DNA of 60,358 nucleotides from Porphyromonas sp. (lineage in GTDB: Bacteria > Bacteroidota > Bacteroidia > Bacteroidales > Porphyromonadaceae), in assembly GCA_030529525.1 (NCBI GenBank), contig JAUMWS010000001.1, positions 1-60,358 on the forward strand, in the 5' to 3' direction. Below the pieces are notes generated by a model. That model worked only from the letters and a program-made list of their open reading frames with translations, did not search any database and was not told the origin of the DNA. Positions 19,435-30,588 of this stretch are shown here, piece after piece (position 1 is the first letter of the stretch; each line of letters begins with the position of its first letter). The translations under genes and the position numbers were made by a program.

Positions 19435-20025
19435 CTCCGTAAGGAGAGTGATTTTTATATATTCCATACCGAAAAATGCTCTCTTTTCTACCCTCTCTCT
19501 ATTTGCTCCGAGGAGGTCGTTTTCAGAGCACTGCCGAATTGTTAAATCAGGGCTATTCTATTAACACTAATTTCGATAGCTGTTCAGCAAAAATGATAAA
19601 CGAGCATATTTTATCGGCTTAACGGGTTTAATTTTTCAGTGAACCCGTTTACTGATTTCATTTAACAGGTTTATCGAAAACGTTTAACCTGTTTAGCTTT
19701 TTGAGTGATAGCATTGATTATTAGGCTTTTATAGAATTTTCTTCTCAAAAGAGCATTTTGGGACGGATTCTTGGATTAGCAAATATTTAGATCTTAGCCC
19801 TTAAATATTCACAACTATTAACTCGAAAAAGCTTCATGAAACGGACTGGAAAAATTTTTTCTCCGAATTTTTAATTTTACGTAACCAATTCGATTTAAGA
19901 GACTTATCCTTTCATCTTAAAAACAGGAAGCAATTCCCAAACTTTTTTGCGAGAATTTTCGGCAAAATTTTCGGCTTCCATTTTTATATAAAAGCTCCCG
20001 CCGAAAAGGCTTTTTACTTCCTCCC
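19435..20025 (-). repeat. ~590-bp non-coding dispersed element, copy A (inverted relative to 33803-34396)
   Basis: Its reverse complement aligns collinearly with 33803-34396, including a 37-nt exact block 19675-19711 = rc 34119-34155. Confidence 0.9.
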
Positions 20026-20040
20026 AAAAGAGCAAAAGAA

Positions 20041-20076
20041 AAGAGATTGCCCGAAGTGCATTTCGGACAATCTCTT
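20041..20076 (-). terminator. sufS terminator
   Basis: aagagattgcccgaa...ttcggacaatctctt with a U-tract on the minus strand. Confidence 0.7.
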
Positions 20077-20102
20077 CCTCTATTTTAATCCTTTTTTCTT
20101 CC

Positions 20103-21329
20103 CTACCTCAGCATATCCACCGCACGCTTGAGAGCAGTAACAAAAATATCTATCTCCTCTTTGGTATTGTAGAATGAGAAGCTTGCTCGCATCGTTCCCT
20201 CTATGCCGAGATGCTGCATCAGAGGTTGTGCGCAATGGTGTCCGGTGCGGATGGCAATACCTTGTCTGTCGAGAAGAGTGCCTACATCGAACGGATGAAG
20301 ATCCCCTATAAGGAATGAGAGTACCGCCTCTTTTTGAGGAGCCGTACCTATAAGACAGACGTCCGGAATCTCTCCTGTGAGTTGTGTTGTTGCATAGTCC
20401 AACAGCTCTTTTTCGTACGTTGCTATCTTCGCAAAACCTATCTCTTCGACATACCTGACAGCTTCGCTGAGAGCAACGCTGGAGATAAAGTCGGGCGTTC
20501 CAGCCTCATACTTGAAAGGGAGATCGTTGTAAGTGGTTCCAAGATCCAGAGAGACGGTGCGAATCATCTCGCCTCCACCCTGATACGGAGGCATACTATC
20601 CAACAGATGCGACCTGCCCCAAAGCACACCGATACCGGTAGGAGCATAAATCTTATGCCCGCTAAAAGCATAGAAGTCTGCACCCAAATCCTGCACATTG
20701 ACCGCAGTATGCGCCACGGCTTGAGCGCCATCCACAACAAGAATGGCACCTTTGGCATGAACCATTTCCGCTATTCGGGAGATGGGGTTAATGGTGCCCA
20801 GAACATTGGAAGCATGGCAAAAAGAGCCCACTTTGGTACGTTCACTGAGAAGAGAAGCAAGGTGCTCCAAATCGAGCAAACCTTCCGGAGTAACGTTCAC
20901 AGCCTTGACAACCGCACCCGTTTTCTCGGCTGCCATCTGCCATGGAACGATATTGGAGTGATGCTCCATACGGGAAACAAGGATCTCATCTCCCGGTTTA
21001 CAAAACTTCTCGCAATAGCAAGAGGCTACGAGATTGATCCCTTCGGTCGTTCCACGAGTAAAGAGCACTTCATCCTTTGAAGGTGCAGAGATGAAAGAGG
21101 CAATATGGGCGCGAGCCGCTTCGTGTGCCTCTGTGGCGTCCTGACTCAACCTGTGTACGCCACGATGGATATTGGCATTACGATGAGTGTAAGAGTCTGT
21201 AAGCGCATCCAGTACCACTTTCGGCTTATGAGTGGTAGCCGCATTATCGAAGTAGATAAGCGGTTTGTTGTAAACTTTGGTGCCGAGCGCAGGAAAGTCC
21301 GCCCGTATCTTTTCTATGTTTAGTGTCAT
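20103..21329 (-). CDS. sufS: SufS-type cysteine desulfurase
   Basis: YFDNAAT, MEHHSN, DGAQ, SGHK, RTGHHCAQP. Confidence 0.95.
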   Translation of the reverse strand: MTLNIEKIRADFPALGTKVYNKPLIYFDNAATTHKPKVVLDALTDSYTHRNANIHRGVHRLSQDATEAHEAARAHIASFISAPSKDEVLFTRGTTEGINLVASCYCEKFCKPGDEILVSRMEHHSNIVPWQMAAEKTGAVVKAVNVTPEGLLDLEHLASLLSERTKVGSFCHASNVLGTINPISRIAEMVHAKGAILVVDGAQAVAHTAVNVQDLGADFYAFSGHKIYAPTGIGVLWGRSHLLDSMPPYQGGGEMIRTVSLDLGTTYNDLPFKYEAGTPDFISSVALSEAVRYVEEIGFAKIATYEKELLDYATTQLTGEIPDVCLIGTAPQKEAVLSFLIGDLHPFDVGTLLDRQGIAIRTGHHCAQPLMQHLGIEGTMRASFSFYNTKEEIDIFVTALKRAVDMLR

Positions 21330-21347
21330 GATATGTTCTTTCTCTTA

Positions 21348-23084
21348 TTAGTCCGGTTCTTGCCAGTCTCCCGAATCTTTGATAAGCTGTACCAACTTCT
21401 CCACCGCCTCATCTTGTGGAATCCCTTTGGCTACACAGTTTTTCTCTTTGTATAAGTCTATCTTTCCGGGACCTGCACCCACATAACCATAGTCGGCATC
21501 CGCCATCTCTCCCGGTCCGTTTACGATACAGCCCATCACTCCTATCTTTAGACCTTTCAGATGTTCAGTGGCAGCTTTCACCCTCGCCACTGTCGATTGT
21601 AAGGCAAAAAGCGTCCGTCCACAGCCGGGACAGGAGATATATTCCGTCTTAGTGATGCGTCGGCGACTCGCTTGCAGGAGTGAGAATGCAAGGTGAGTAT
21701 GATCTTCTCCCTCAACATCTATCATCAACCCGGCTCCGTTACGCGATAGCAACCAGCCTCCAAGGTAGAATCCTGCTTGCGTATAGAGTATATCTTTGCT
21801 CTCCTTAGGCATCACAAGACGAGCGATAAGAGGAGTATTACGAGCCAATAAACTCAAACGAGACTCTACGGCTTTGAGTGCACGTGGAGCAGTGGGCGGG
21901 GAAAAGGAGACCAAAAGAATGTCTTCAGAAGATAGTTCGGATAGTGCTTCGTCCGGCAGGTTTAGCAGTTCGTCCCATCTCATCTCTCTGTATCCCTTTT
22001 TGAGATTCAGTATTCTATCTCTCCACTCTTCGGGAATAGTGGCTGTATCTTCTTCGGCTAAGATATAATCCGGCTGCTCCGATGCAGGAAGATTGGGCAG
22101 TTCAGCGTTCCAACGAGTTACTACCACAGGATACACCCGATCCTTTACAAGTGCGATGCGAGTGGTATCTTCTTCACCCTCTGTATATATCGGGGTCGTA
22201 TCCTGTTCCATAGCTTTTGCACACGCCACAAGCGTATTTGCCACGGGGATTTCATCTTCCGGTTCTTCGCTTAACGAGACCCGAATGGTATCGCCTATGC
22301 CATCGGCAAGCAACGAACCTATCCCGACGGCACTCTTTACACGACCATCCTCTCCATCGCCCGCTTCCGTAACACCGAGATGAAGCGGATAGTGCATATC
22401 TTCAGCATCCATCCTCTTAATCAGTAGACGTACCGTGGTGGTCATTTCGGCAGTGTTGGAAGATTTTATGGATATCACCACGTCATGAAAATCTTTCTTT
22501 CGGCAGACACGAAGATACTCCATACAGCTTTCGACCATTCCTTCCGGTGTATTCCCGAAACGGGTCATGATACGATCCGAAAGCGATCCGTGATTTACGC
22601 CTAAGCGAATAGCCGTTCCGTTGGCAATGCAGAGATCAAGAAATTTTCCGAATACCTCTTCTATCTTTTCCAGCTCCTGAGCATACTCTTCCTCAGTGTA
22701 CTCGACGGATATAAACTTACGGGCAGGATCTACAAAGTTTCCCGGATTGATGCGAACCTTTTGCACAGTGGCGGCAGCGGCATAAGCGGCAGCAGGATTA
22801 AAGTGAATATCAGCCACCAAAGGGATATCGCAGCCCTTCTCATGCAGTCCGGAGCGTATGGCTTTCAGGTTGTTCGACTCCCTTACGCCCTGTGCGGTAA
22901 AGCGAACAATCTGTCCGCCGGCCTCGGCAATACGTTGAGCCTGTGCTACGGATGCTTCCGTATCCATTGTGTTCACGTTTGCCATGGACTGTACTACTAT
23001 CTCCGCATCTCCTCCTATGGTAATATTTCCTACTCTTACAGGTGTAGAGATCCGCCTCCGGTATATAATCTGTTTACGACTCAT
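21348..23084 (-). CDS. ispG: HMBPP synthase (long form with insertion domain)
   Basis: VQSM, ADIHF, RINPGN, GVNHGSL, HLGVTEAG, SCPGCGRT, MGCIVNGPGE. Confidence 0.97.
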   Translation of the reverse strand: MSRKQIIYRRRISTPVRVGNITIGGDAEIVVQSMANVNTMDTEASVAQAQRIAEAGGQIVRFTAQGVRESNNLKAIRSGLHEKGCDIPLVADIHFNPAAAYAAAATVQKVRINPGNFVDPARKFISVEYTEEEYAQELEKIEEVFGKFLDLCIANGTAIRLGVNHGSLSDRIMTRFGNTPEGMVESCMEYLRVCRKKDFHDVVISIKSSNTAEMTTTVRLLIKRMDAEDMHYPLHLGVTEAGDGEDGRVKSAVGIGSLLADGIGDTIRVSLSEEPEDEIPVANTLVACAKAMEQDTTPIYTEGEEDTTRIALVKDRVYPVVVTRWNAELPNLPASEQPDYILAEEDTATIPEEWRDRILNLKKGYREMRWDELLNLPDEALSELSSEDILLVSFSPPTAPRALKAVESRLSLLARNTPLIARLVMPKESKDILYTQAGFYLGGWLLSRNGAGLMIDVEGEDHTHLAFSLLQASRRRITKTEYISCPGCGRTLFALQSTVARVKAATEHLKGLKIGVMGCIVNGPGEMADADYGYVGAGPGKIDLYKEKNCVAKGIPQDEAVEKLVQLIKDSGDWQEPD

Positions 23085-23103
23085 ATATTCAGTAAAATTG
23101 GAG

Positions 23104-24660
23104 TTAGAGTTTAACCTTTATCTTTAGACCCTTGCCTTCCACGTGCATACGTGATACAGCAGTAACGACATAGGTAAACTTCTCTTTACCGTCCTTATAC
23201 GGCAAAATATAGTAAGGATTTTGGCAGATGGCTACGATATGTTCGGGATTGGAAATATTGACTCTCTCTCCCGAGGCGAAAGCATAAACCACATAATAAT
23301 GAGGTGCAGAAGGAAGACCTTCGGAGCTTTCATCCGGCAACCAAGTCAGGGTATATCCCTGCTCTGTCCATAGTGCTTTTATGCCTTGAATACGCTTCGG
23401 AGCATCATCTGCAATGTTTGTATAAGGCGGAATAAGGGCATAGTTGCTATAGTATTCCCTTTTAAGCATATCTTGTACCCCTCCGGTGTTCCACAGAACC
23501 TCGTTTGCCGGCCACATTACGTTGCCTTTGGATACTTCGGCAGCCATAGAGAGTTTTGGGTGAAGCTGTTGTTTGTTCATCGTGCGCTTTACATCTTGTC
23601 CGACGTAATAGTGAGCATGCTTAATGTTTTTGCCCCACCAGTAGACCAATTCGGTATAGTCCGCTGCCGAATGACCCATTTCCCAATAAATCTGTGGAAC
23701 GATATAATCTACCCAACCTTCACGGTCCCAAAGCAGAATATCCGCATAAAGGTCATCGTAGTTTTGCAGTCCGTTGGTTTCGCTACCCGTCTTTACCGTG
23801 CGTTTGTTACGGAATATCCCGAAAGGACTTATACCGAGCCGAACCCAAGGCTTACGGGTACGAATGGTCGAGCTTAGCTCTTTAATGAGAATATTGACAT
23901 TATCCCGTCTCCAATCCCCTATATTATGAAAACCTCTCGGATCTGTCCGGAAGAAGTATTCATCATTCAGAGGGATACCGGGTTTCGGGTACGGATAAAA
24001 ATAGTCGTCCATATGAATGGCGTCCACATCGTATCGGGAGACAATATCATCCACCACCGCACAGATGTGTTGCCTGCACGAGGCAAGAGCCGGATTGTAC
24101 AAAAGCTGATTATCGTACCGCACAAACCACTCCGGATGACGGAAATAGGGATGTTCGGGACCAAGTGGAACGGAAGCGTTGGCTGCGGCTCTGTAAGGAT
24201 TGATCCACGCATGAAACTCCATTCCTCTCTTATGACACTCTGCTATAAGAAAGCGCATAGGATCCCACTGAGGTGTTGGAGCTACACCCTGTGTCCCCGT
24301 AAGAAAACGGCTCCAAGGCTCCAAACCGCTCTGATACCACGCATCGCTCTCCGGGCGTATCTGAAAAAATACGGCATTGAAACGCAACTCCTGCAACTTA
24401 TCCAGCTTCCGTAAGAAATCCTGCTGCATCTCTTCAACGCTCATGCGGGCATACTCTCCCTGATAAACCGTCTGAATCCACGCTGCACGCATCTCATGTT
24501 TGGGAGATACATACGCTTTTTTGTAGTGCAACTGCTCTTTACGCTCCAGAGCTTTCTTATGGCTTACGCAACCGGAAAGGAGTAAAGAGAAAAGGAGAAC
24601 AGAACCGAAAATCGCTTTGAGACCTACTCTTTTATGCTGTCTTTGGGTTATCATCTTCAT
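23104..24660 (-). CDS. Glycoside hydrolase GHL10 (YddW/DigH-like) lipoprotein
   Basis: Lipobox LSGC; EMRAAWI, FHAWINPYR, HMDDYFYPY, GISPFG, DYIVPQIYW. Confidence 0.9.
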   Translation of the reverse strand: MKMITQRQHKRVGLKAIFGSVLLFSLLLSGCVSHKKALERKEQLHYKKAYVSPKHEMRAAWIQTVYQGEYARMSVEEMQQDFLRKLDKLQELRFNAVFFQIRPESDAWYQSGLEPWSRFLTGTQGVAPTPQWDPMRFLIAECHKRGMEFHAWINPYRAAANASVPLGPEHPYFRHPEWFVRYDNQLLYNPALASCRQHICAVVDDIVSRYDVDAIHMDDYFYPYPKPGIPLNDEYFFRTDPRGFHNIGDWRRDNVNILIKELSSTIRTRKPWVRLGISPFGIFRNKRTVKTGSETNGLQNYDDLYADILLWDREGWVDYIVPQIYWEMGHSAADYTELVYWWGKNIKHAHYYVGQDVKRTMNKQQLHPKLSMAAEVSKGNVMWPANEVLWNTGGVQDMLKREYYSNYALIPPYTNIADDAPKRIQGIKALWTEQGYTLTWLPDESSEGLPSAPHYYVVYAFASGERVNISNPEHIVAICQNPYYILPYKDGKEKFTYVVTAVSRMHVEGKGLKIKVKL

Positions 24661-24674
24661 ATATAATTACTATA

Positions 24675-24682
24675 CAAAAGTA
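24675..24682 (-). promoter_or_regulatory. Internal -7 promoter for the GHL10-ispG-sufS genes
   Basis: TACTTTTG between the bioD stop and the GHL10 start. Confidence 0.5.
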
Positions 24683-24698
24683 GTCATAATATACCGTT

Positions 24699-25397
24699 TC
24701 ACAGAACGATGCTTTCCATCTCCAAAAGCAACGTATTCGGATAGTGACGGGTAAGATATTGAGAAAGCCACCTGAAACTCTCTTCTGTGATCTCGTCATC
24801 CGTTCGGACATGTCTGTTATAGATGAGCAGCGGAACAGATATGTCTCTATGCTTAAGAGCATCGAGGCTTAAAAGGGTGTGATTGATACTGCCCAACTTT
24901 GCGGTAGAAACCAGTATGACCGGCAGCTTCTGCACCTTGACATAATCCATCGTAAGCAGATCTTCCGTCAGAGGGACCATAAGTCCGCCTGCCCCTTCAA
25001 GCAGAAGAACATCCGAAAGAGCCTTTAGCCTCTCCGTCGCTTCCGTGATGAGAGCCGTATCTATGGGAGGTTTACCGTCTCGGGCAGCAGCCATGTGCGG
25101 AGAGCAGGGATAGCTATAAACGAGAGGACAAGTAGAGCCTTCCTTATCTTCATTCAGTAGCGAACGTCCCTCTATATGCCTGTGAGTCTGAATATCTTCC
25201 GCTACCGAAGCAGTAACGCCGGTCTGTACCATTTTTTGCGTCAGGCTCTTTGTGCCTTCGGAGAGAAGTTGCTTGGACAGCAGTCCGGTAGCTACGCTTT
25301 TACCTGCATCCGTATCTATTCCGGAAACGAAGTAGACTCTCTCTGTCAGCAGATCGGAGAGCCGTGCCGGAGTGTTACACTTAAAGTATTTCATCAT
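24699..25397 (-). CDS. bioD: Dethiobiotin synthase
   Basis: SGIDTDAGKS, EGAGGLMVP, LGSINHTLLS. Confidence 0.96.
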   Translation of the reverse strand: MMKYFKCNTPARLSDLLTERVYFVSGIDTDAGKSVATGLLSKQLLSEGTKSLTQKMVQTGVTASVAEDIQTHRHIEGRSLLNEDKEGSTCPLVYSYPCSPHMAAARDGKPPIDTALITEATERLKALSDVLLLEGAGGLMVPLTEDLLTMDYVKVQKLPVILVSTAKLGSINHTLLSLDALKHRDISVPLLIYNRHVRTDDEITEESFRWLSQYLTRHYPNTLLLEMESIVL

Positions 25398-25400
25398 CTG

Positions 25401-26165
25401 TTATATTTTTTCTGCTCTTCCCCATACGGCATGGTAGGTAAGGGGGAGGTTGAAGTTGTGTTCCTCGGAAGAAAATGTTTTTCGGTACAGCTGTTCTATT
25501 TCTTTAATCCTGCCGGGTGTGAGGCTATCCTCCTGCCTTATTCCATTCACACCGGTCTGTTTCAGATGCTTCAGGAGCATAAGAAAGGAGTCGAAAAAGA
25601 GTGTCGTGCGCTCCTGATAGATGCAGATGTTCTTAAATCCGGCATTCTCAAGAGACTCTTGCAGGGTAGAAAGCGAGTCATAAGAGAGTGTGGCAGATGG
25701 CAGCAGGGCTTTAAGCTCGTGCATCTGCTCCGGTCCGAATGTGGAAAAGAGCAGAATACCATTGCTCGTGAGAGAGTCGTACGCTTTGGGGAAAAAGCTC
25801 ATGGGACGATGCCACCACTGAATACAAGAGGAAGAAGCCACCATGGCAAGACCGTTATTCCAGCTAAGATGTTCGGCATCTCCCGGTATAAATTCACTGT
25901 AAAGCTCCAAACTCTCCTCCACTTCCGGGCAGAGATCGTTGAGCAATAGCGGATGAGACGGATAGTGCTTAGCCAAAATCCTGCTCAAAAAGCCTGTTCC
26001 GCATCCCACTTCGAAGATAGCACCGCTTGGTAGAGACGCAGGAAGAAGCTCCTCCATACGTGTTACGATCTGTTGCTGTACGGTAGCCTCTTTATCATAA
26101 GTGTGCAGAGCATTGGTAAAGCGTCTCTGTACAAGCTGTTTGTCTATACTGCCGGAAGAGTTCAT
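25401..26165 (-). CDS. bioC: Malonyl-ACP O-methyltransferase
   Basis: RF..A..TYD..A.VQ, EVGCGTG, QW, LKQTGV. ATG 26165 overlaps the bioG stop (TGATG). Confidence 0.93.
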   Translation of the reverse strand: MNSSGSIDKQLVQRRFTNALHTYDKEATVQQQIVTRMEELLPASLPSGAIFEVGCGTGFLSRILAKHYPSHPLLLNDLCPEVEESLELYSEFIPGDAEHLSWNNGLAMVASSSCIQWWHRPMSFFPKAYDSLTSNGILLFSTFGPEQMHELKALLPSATLSYDSLSTLQESLENAGFKNICIYQERTTLFFDSFLMLLKHLKQTGVNGIRQEDSLTPGRIKEIEQLYRKTFSSEEHNFNLPLTYHAVWGRAEKI

Positions 26166-26872
26166 CAGTCGTTCTCGGTGTGAGGGTTTATAAGTTCGTC
26201 CCAACTCTTAAATGAGAGAAAAGGATAGTGTCCGACCCCTTCGAGAAGCCTTGTAGGTACCTCCACATGTGTCCAGTAGCCCATCTGATTGGCAGTGGGA
26301 ACGATAAGATCTTTCTCTGCGACCCAAGCAAAATGAAAAGGAGAGGGCGCTCTGTCCGGAGCGTATTGCGGAGCAATGCGAGAGATACGGGCGGACTGTA
26401 CTTCAAATACGGAGGTCAACTCCTCTTTCAGATCTTCAGTAGATCGGGAAGCAAAGCTGTTGTAGAGTGCCGTCAGAGAGCGTCCGCCGCACATTCGTCT
26501 ATTGAATCGTTCTCTGTTCATCTCGTTCAGATTTGTCAGCGTAGCACGGAAAATCTCATCGGGAATGCCCCAATCGTCATGTGTCGGATAGGGAGTACCG
26601 CATACGGCTACCAGCTTTGAGTGTTGCGGCATATACTCTCGCAACAGTGAGATAGCCCACACACCCATACTCCAACCCACTACGGCGATTTCCGTGTACT
26701 CTTCCATGGGAGGCAACTCCTCGGGTGAAATCTCCCGATAGTCGTAAAATGCAAAATAGTCCGTCCCTTCCGGCAAAGAAAGATGCCCTACCGAATCGGG
26801 CGTAGAACCCCACCCTCCGAAGTAGAGAAGGGCTTTGGTGGATTTCGGACTCTTGATCTGCTTTATCTTCAT
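26165..26872 (-). CDS. bioG: Pimeloyl-ACP methyl ester esterase, BioG/DUF452 family
   Basis: YFGGWG, YDYR, GWSMG, GTPYP.HD.WGIP, HYPF; bio cluster context. Confidence 0.88.
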   Translation of the reverse strand: MKIKQIKSPKSTKALLYFGGWGSTPDSVGHLSLPEGTDYFAFYDYREISPEELPPMEEYTEIAVVGWSMGVWAISLLREYMPQHSKLVAVCGTPYPTHDDWGIPDEIFRATLTNLNEMNRERFNRRMCGGRSLTALYNSFASRSTEDLKEELTSVFEVQSARISRIAPQYAPDRAPSPFHFAWVAEKDLIVPTANQMGYWTHVEVPTRLLEGVGHYPFLSFKSWDELINPHTEND

Positions 26873-26914
26873 TTCTCTGATCTCTTATTTCTGTTCCTTT
26901 TATGACTTTCTGTA

Positions 26915-27116
26915 AAGCCGTTCGGAAAAAGTGCCGAACGGCTCTTTTTTCTCCACCAAACAGGTTAAAAACCCGACATCGAGCTTCGGGGAGTGGAAAT
27001 CAAGCTTTGGTTTGCTCTTTTCAAAGCGTGATTTCCACAAACCGGCTCTTGGTTTATAACTCTATTCGGCTTCATCGAAACTCTTTAAGGTGATTAAAGT
27101 ATTTTGTAATGCGGTC
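26915..27116. repeat. ~202-bp dyad-symmetric element, copy E3, between bioF and bioG
   Basis: 17-bp units at 26976, 26997, 27018, 27039. Boxes at 26915/26937/26959 and 27065/27087/27109. The left flank aligns ungapped with E1. Confidence 0.75.
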
Positions 27117-27144
27117 AAAAACATTTTCTCTCAGGCGATGTACA

Positions 27145-28284
27145 TCAAGCGGAGTGCATCAGCCTTAAAATGCTTTGCGCCAGACGCTCCACCTCCTGCT
27201 CGGTAAGAGCAGCCGAGAGAGAGAGTCGGACACGCTCGCCACCGGGAGGAACCGTAGGTTTGCGTATCGGCAACGCAAAAAAGCCATCGGCTCTCAACTC
27301 TTCTGCCATCCATATTGCACGCTCTTCGCTTCCTGCATGAACCGGCACGATATACGAAGAGAGAGGCAGAGCGGTACGCTCTTTCAGGAGGGCAACAAGG
27401 CTATTCAGATGCTCCCTCTGCGCTCTCATCCCGGACAAATGGTGCATCACGTGAAGCGACCATGCCGTACAAACCGGAGGAAGAGCCGTAGAAAATATAA
27501 GCGGTCGGCAGGTAGAGACCAGCAGCTCACGCACCTCAGCACTGCAAAGTGCAAACGCTCCCACACTGCACAAAGCTTTTCCCATGGTTCCGATGAGAAT
27601 ATCCACCTGCTCCAAAAATCCCAACTCCTCCACACAGCCAAGACCTTTTGCCCCTATCGTGCCTACGGCATGAGCCTCGTCCACATAGATGCAAATCTGC
27701 GGATAGTGCTGTTTGAGAGCCACAATATCGGGTAAAGGCGCAAAGTCTCCATCCATACTGTATAGGCTCTCAACCACAATCCATATCGTTTCATACTCGG
27801 TAGAAAAGCGGCATAGCTGTGCTTCAAGATCTTCAATACTATTGTGCTTGAACCTCCGAAACGGTCTCCCGGAGAGACGTATCCCGTCTATGATGCTGGC
27901 ATGTACGAGTCGGTCTGCAAGGATAAGCGTCTTATCGTCGGAAAGGGCAGGCAGAATACCCAGATTGGCATGGTATCCGCTATCGAACAGCAAAGCGGAT
28001 TTCCCCCCGTACAGATGAGACAACTCCTCTTCCAAAGCCTCATGTTCGGGAGAGTTGCCCGTAAGCAGACGAGAAGATGAGGAGGAGAAAGGCAGTTCCA
28101 ATGCCTGCTCTTTGAACTCATCTCTCAATCTTGTATCGGTGGAGATACCGAGATAGTCGTTACCTGCAAGGTTGATATACCTCTTTTCTTCCACCCATAC
28201 ATACTTTCCCTCTACTCTAAGCTTCGGGATGGTACGGTAAGCTCCTGCCTCTTTCAGGGTGTCTATTCTATCTCTGTACTGCAT
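27145..28284 (-). CDS. bioF: 8-amino-7-oxononanoate synthase
   Basis: NDYLG, SRLLTG, SGYHAN, HASIIDG, SMDGD, DEAH, GKA. Confidence 0.96.
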   Translation of the reverse strand: MQYRDRIDTLKEAGAYRTIPKLRVEGKYVWVEEKRYINLAGNDYLGISTDTRLRDEFKEQALELPFSSSSSRLLTGNSPEHEALEEELSHLYGGKSALLFDSGYHANLGILPALSDDKTLILADRLVHASIIDGIRLSGRPFRRFKHNSIEDLEAQLCRFSTEYETIWIVVESLYSMDGDFAPLPDIVALKQHYPQICIYVDEAHAVGTIGAKGLGCVEELGFLEQVDILIGTMGKALCSVGAFALCSAEVRELLVSTCRPLIFSTALPPVCTAWSLHVMHHLSGMRAQREHLNSLVALLKERTALPLSSYIVPVHAGSEERAIWMAEELRADGFFALPIRKPTVPPGGERVRLSLSAALTEQEVERLAQSILRLMHSA

Positions 28285-29581
28285 TCTCTTTTACTATTTT
28301 GGAGAGTCCGGACGTCAGTTTGAGCAGCTCCTCATCCGTGACAGCCATAAATGGAGGCATAAGGTAGACAAGCTTGCCGAACGGACGGACCCAAATCTTC
28401 TCTCTTATAAACTGCGGAATGAGTTGCTTCATATCCACCGGCTGCTTCATCTCCACCACTCCGATGGCTCCCAGACAGCGTACCTCTTGAACCGTAGAGA
28501 CGTCTGCAAGAGAAGAGAGTTCGGTTCGGAGAGTCTGTTCTATCTCTTTTACTCGATCTTTCCACGGCAGAGAGAGCAGCAACCGAAGCGATGCAAGGGC
28601 AACCGAACAGGCAAGCGGATTTCCCATAAAGGTAGGCCCGTGCATGAAGCATCCCGCTTCTCCCGAACAGATAATGTCCGCAATCTGCTTGGAAGTGGCA
28701 GTGGCCGAAAGCGTCATGCTCCCTCCCGTCAAGGCTTTACCGATGCAGATAATATCGGGCAAAACCTCTGCGTGATAAGCGGCAAGCATCTCCCCCGTCC
28801 GCCCAAAGCCTGTGGCTATCTCGTCGAATATCAACAGCACTCCAAAACGTGAGCAGAGCGCTCTCGCTTGTCTCAGATATTCGGGATGGTAGAAGTACAT
28901 CCCTCCCGCTCCCTGCACAATAGGCTCAACAATAAGAGCCGCTATCTCGTCTCCTTTTTCCTCCAAGAGATTTCGTAAAGGAAGCATCGCCTCCTCTTTC
29001 CACTCCCCTCCGAAAGGAACAGAAGGCCGTGGAAGAAAATATTGAGGAGTAAGCGCTCCGGCGAACAGACCGTGCATTCCGGTAATGGGATCGCATACAG
29101 ACATCGCATGCCACGTGTCTCCATGATAAGCGGACGAGAGTGCTGCAAATCGTGTACGTCTCTTTTCCCCTTTTGCATGCTGGTACTGCAAAGCCATCTT
29201 CATGGCAACCTCTACGGCTACGGAGCCTGAGTCTGCATAGAAAATAGTGTCTACCCCTTTCGGCAACACCTCTTGGCACAACAGTTTGCCCAGCTCCACT
29301 GCCGGTTCATGCGTAAATCCTCCGAACATGATGTGGCTCAAAGACTCTGCCTGCTCCCGAAGTGCCTTCACCAAAACAGGGTGAGAGTAACCATGTATAG
29401 CCGCCCACCAAGAGCTCATTCCGTCTGTAAGCTCCGTTCCGTCCGCAAGTGTTATGGTGCATCCTTTCGCTGACACTACGGGATAAACCTCCAAAGGGTC
29501 TATGGTAGAGGTATACGGATGCCAAAGATGACCCCTATCCCAGAGAAGTCTCTCCTGCCATAAATCGTTCACTGTCCCCAT
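28268..29581 (-). CDS. bioA: Adenosylmethionine-8-amino-7-oxononanoate transaminase
   Basis: [49 protein letters not shown]. Confidence 0.98.
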   Translation of the reverse strand: MGTVNDLWQERLLWDRGHLWHPYTSTIDPLEVYPVVSAKGCTITLADGTELTDGMSSWWAAIHGYSHPVLVKALREQAESLSHIMFGGFTHEPAVELGKLLCQEVLPKGVDTIFYADSGSVAVEVAMKMALQYQHAKGEKRRTRFAALSSAYHGDTWHAMSVCDPITGMHGLFAGALTPQYFLPRPSVPFGGEWKEEAMLPLRNLLEEKGDEIAALIVEPIVQGAGGMYFYHPEYLRQARALCSRFGVLLIFDEIATGFGRTGEMLAAYHAEVLPDIICIGKALTGGSMTLSATATSKQIADIICSGEAGCFMHGPTFMGNPLACSVALASLRLLLSLPWKDRVKEIEQTLRTELSSLADVSTVQEVRCLGAIGVVEMKQPVDMKQLIPQFIREKIWVRPFGKLVYLMPPFMAVTDEELLKLTSGLSKIVKENAVQR

Positions 29582-30588
29582 GTCGTCTCCACGTTTGTAT
29601 CGTATTTCATCTCTTTGAACAGTAGCATATCTTCATCAGTAACGGATGCAGTGGTTGTAAGCAAGTCGCCTGTGATGGCGGAGTTGATACCGATATAAAG
29701 CGCTTTTTTCTGGGTCTCTCTATCCATTTGAGCACGTCCGCCCGAAAAACGGAGAAAGGCTGTGGGATTGACCAAACGGAAGATAACGACCGAAAGTAAA
29801 AGCTCTTCGGCAGAAAGCAGAGCGGTATCTCCCAATGGCGTTCCGGGTATAGGCTGAAGCATATTGATAGGAATACTCTCCACTCCGAGGCTTTGAAGAT
29901 AAAGCGCAAACTCTATACGCTGCTTTCTATTCTCCCCCATACCGATGATTCCGCCCGAACAAACTTTCATCCCGACCTTTCGTGCTGCGGCGATCGTCTC
30001 CTCTTTTTGCTGTTGTGTATGTGTGGAACAGAGTGTAAGAAAGTGGGAGGGAGCACTCTCCATATTGCAATGATAGGTGGTAACACCGGCTTCGTAAAGC
30101 ACCTTTAACGTCTCTTCCGTAGCCAGTCCGAGCGATGCGCAAAGGTGCAGAGAGGGTTCTGTCTTTCGGATTTCCCGGTATATTGCGGCATATCTCAGTG
30201 TATCTATCATGCTGGGACGCCTACCGCTTGCCACGAGTGAATACCTTTTGATTCCCTTGCTTCTATTATGTACAGCCTGCTCCAAACACTCTTGGGAAGA
30301 GAGTATAGGGTAGGTTTTGCATCCGGTATTGTAGTGCGCACTTTGGGCACACCACTTACAATCTTCCGGACATTTACCACTCTTTACATTGATGATGCTG
30401 CAAGTGTCGAATCCGTCCCCGTGCAGCGTTCGGGTTATGGTATGACACGCCTCGTAAAGCTCCTCCACAGGATACTTTTCAAGCACTTTTTCTACCTCTT
30501 CTATACTTTGAAGACGCCTACCGCCAATAATCTCCAGAGCCAACTCCGATGCGGTCCCCGGCAACTCTTTATACTGTTGCTTTGTCAT
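29569..30588 (-). CDS. bioB: Biotin synthase
   Basis: Radical-SAM [27 protein letters not shown]. The likely start is ATG 30588 (MTKQQ); the longer ORF runs through a terminator. Confidence 0.96.
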   Translation of the reverse strand: MTKQQYKELPGTASELALEIIGGRRLQSIEEVEKVLEKYPVEELYEACHTITRTLHGDGFDTCSIINVKSGKCPEDCKWCAQSAHYNTGCKTYPILSSQECLEQAVHNRSKGIKRYSLVASGRRPSMIDTLRYAAIYREIRKTEPSLHLCASLGLATEETLKVLYEAGVTTYHCNMESAPSHFLTLCSTHTQQQKEETIAAARKVGMKVCSGGIIGMGENRKQRIEFALYLQSLGVESIPINMLQPIPGTPLGDTALLSAEELLLSVVIFRLVNPTAFLRFSGGRAQMDRETQKKALYIGINSAITGDLLTTTASVTDEDMLLFKEMKYDTNVETTWGQ

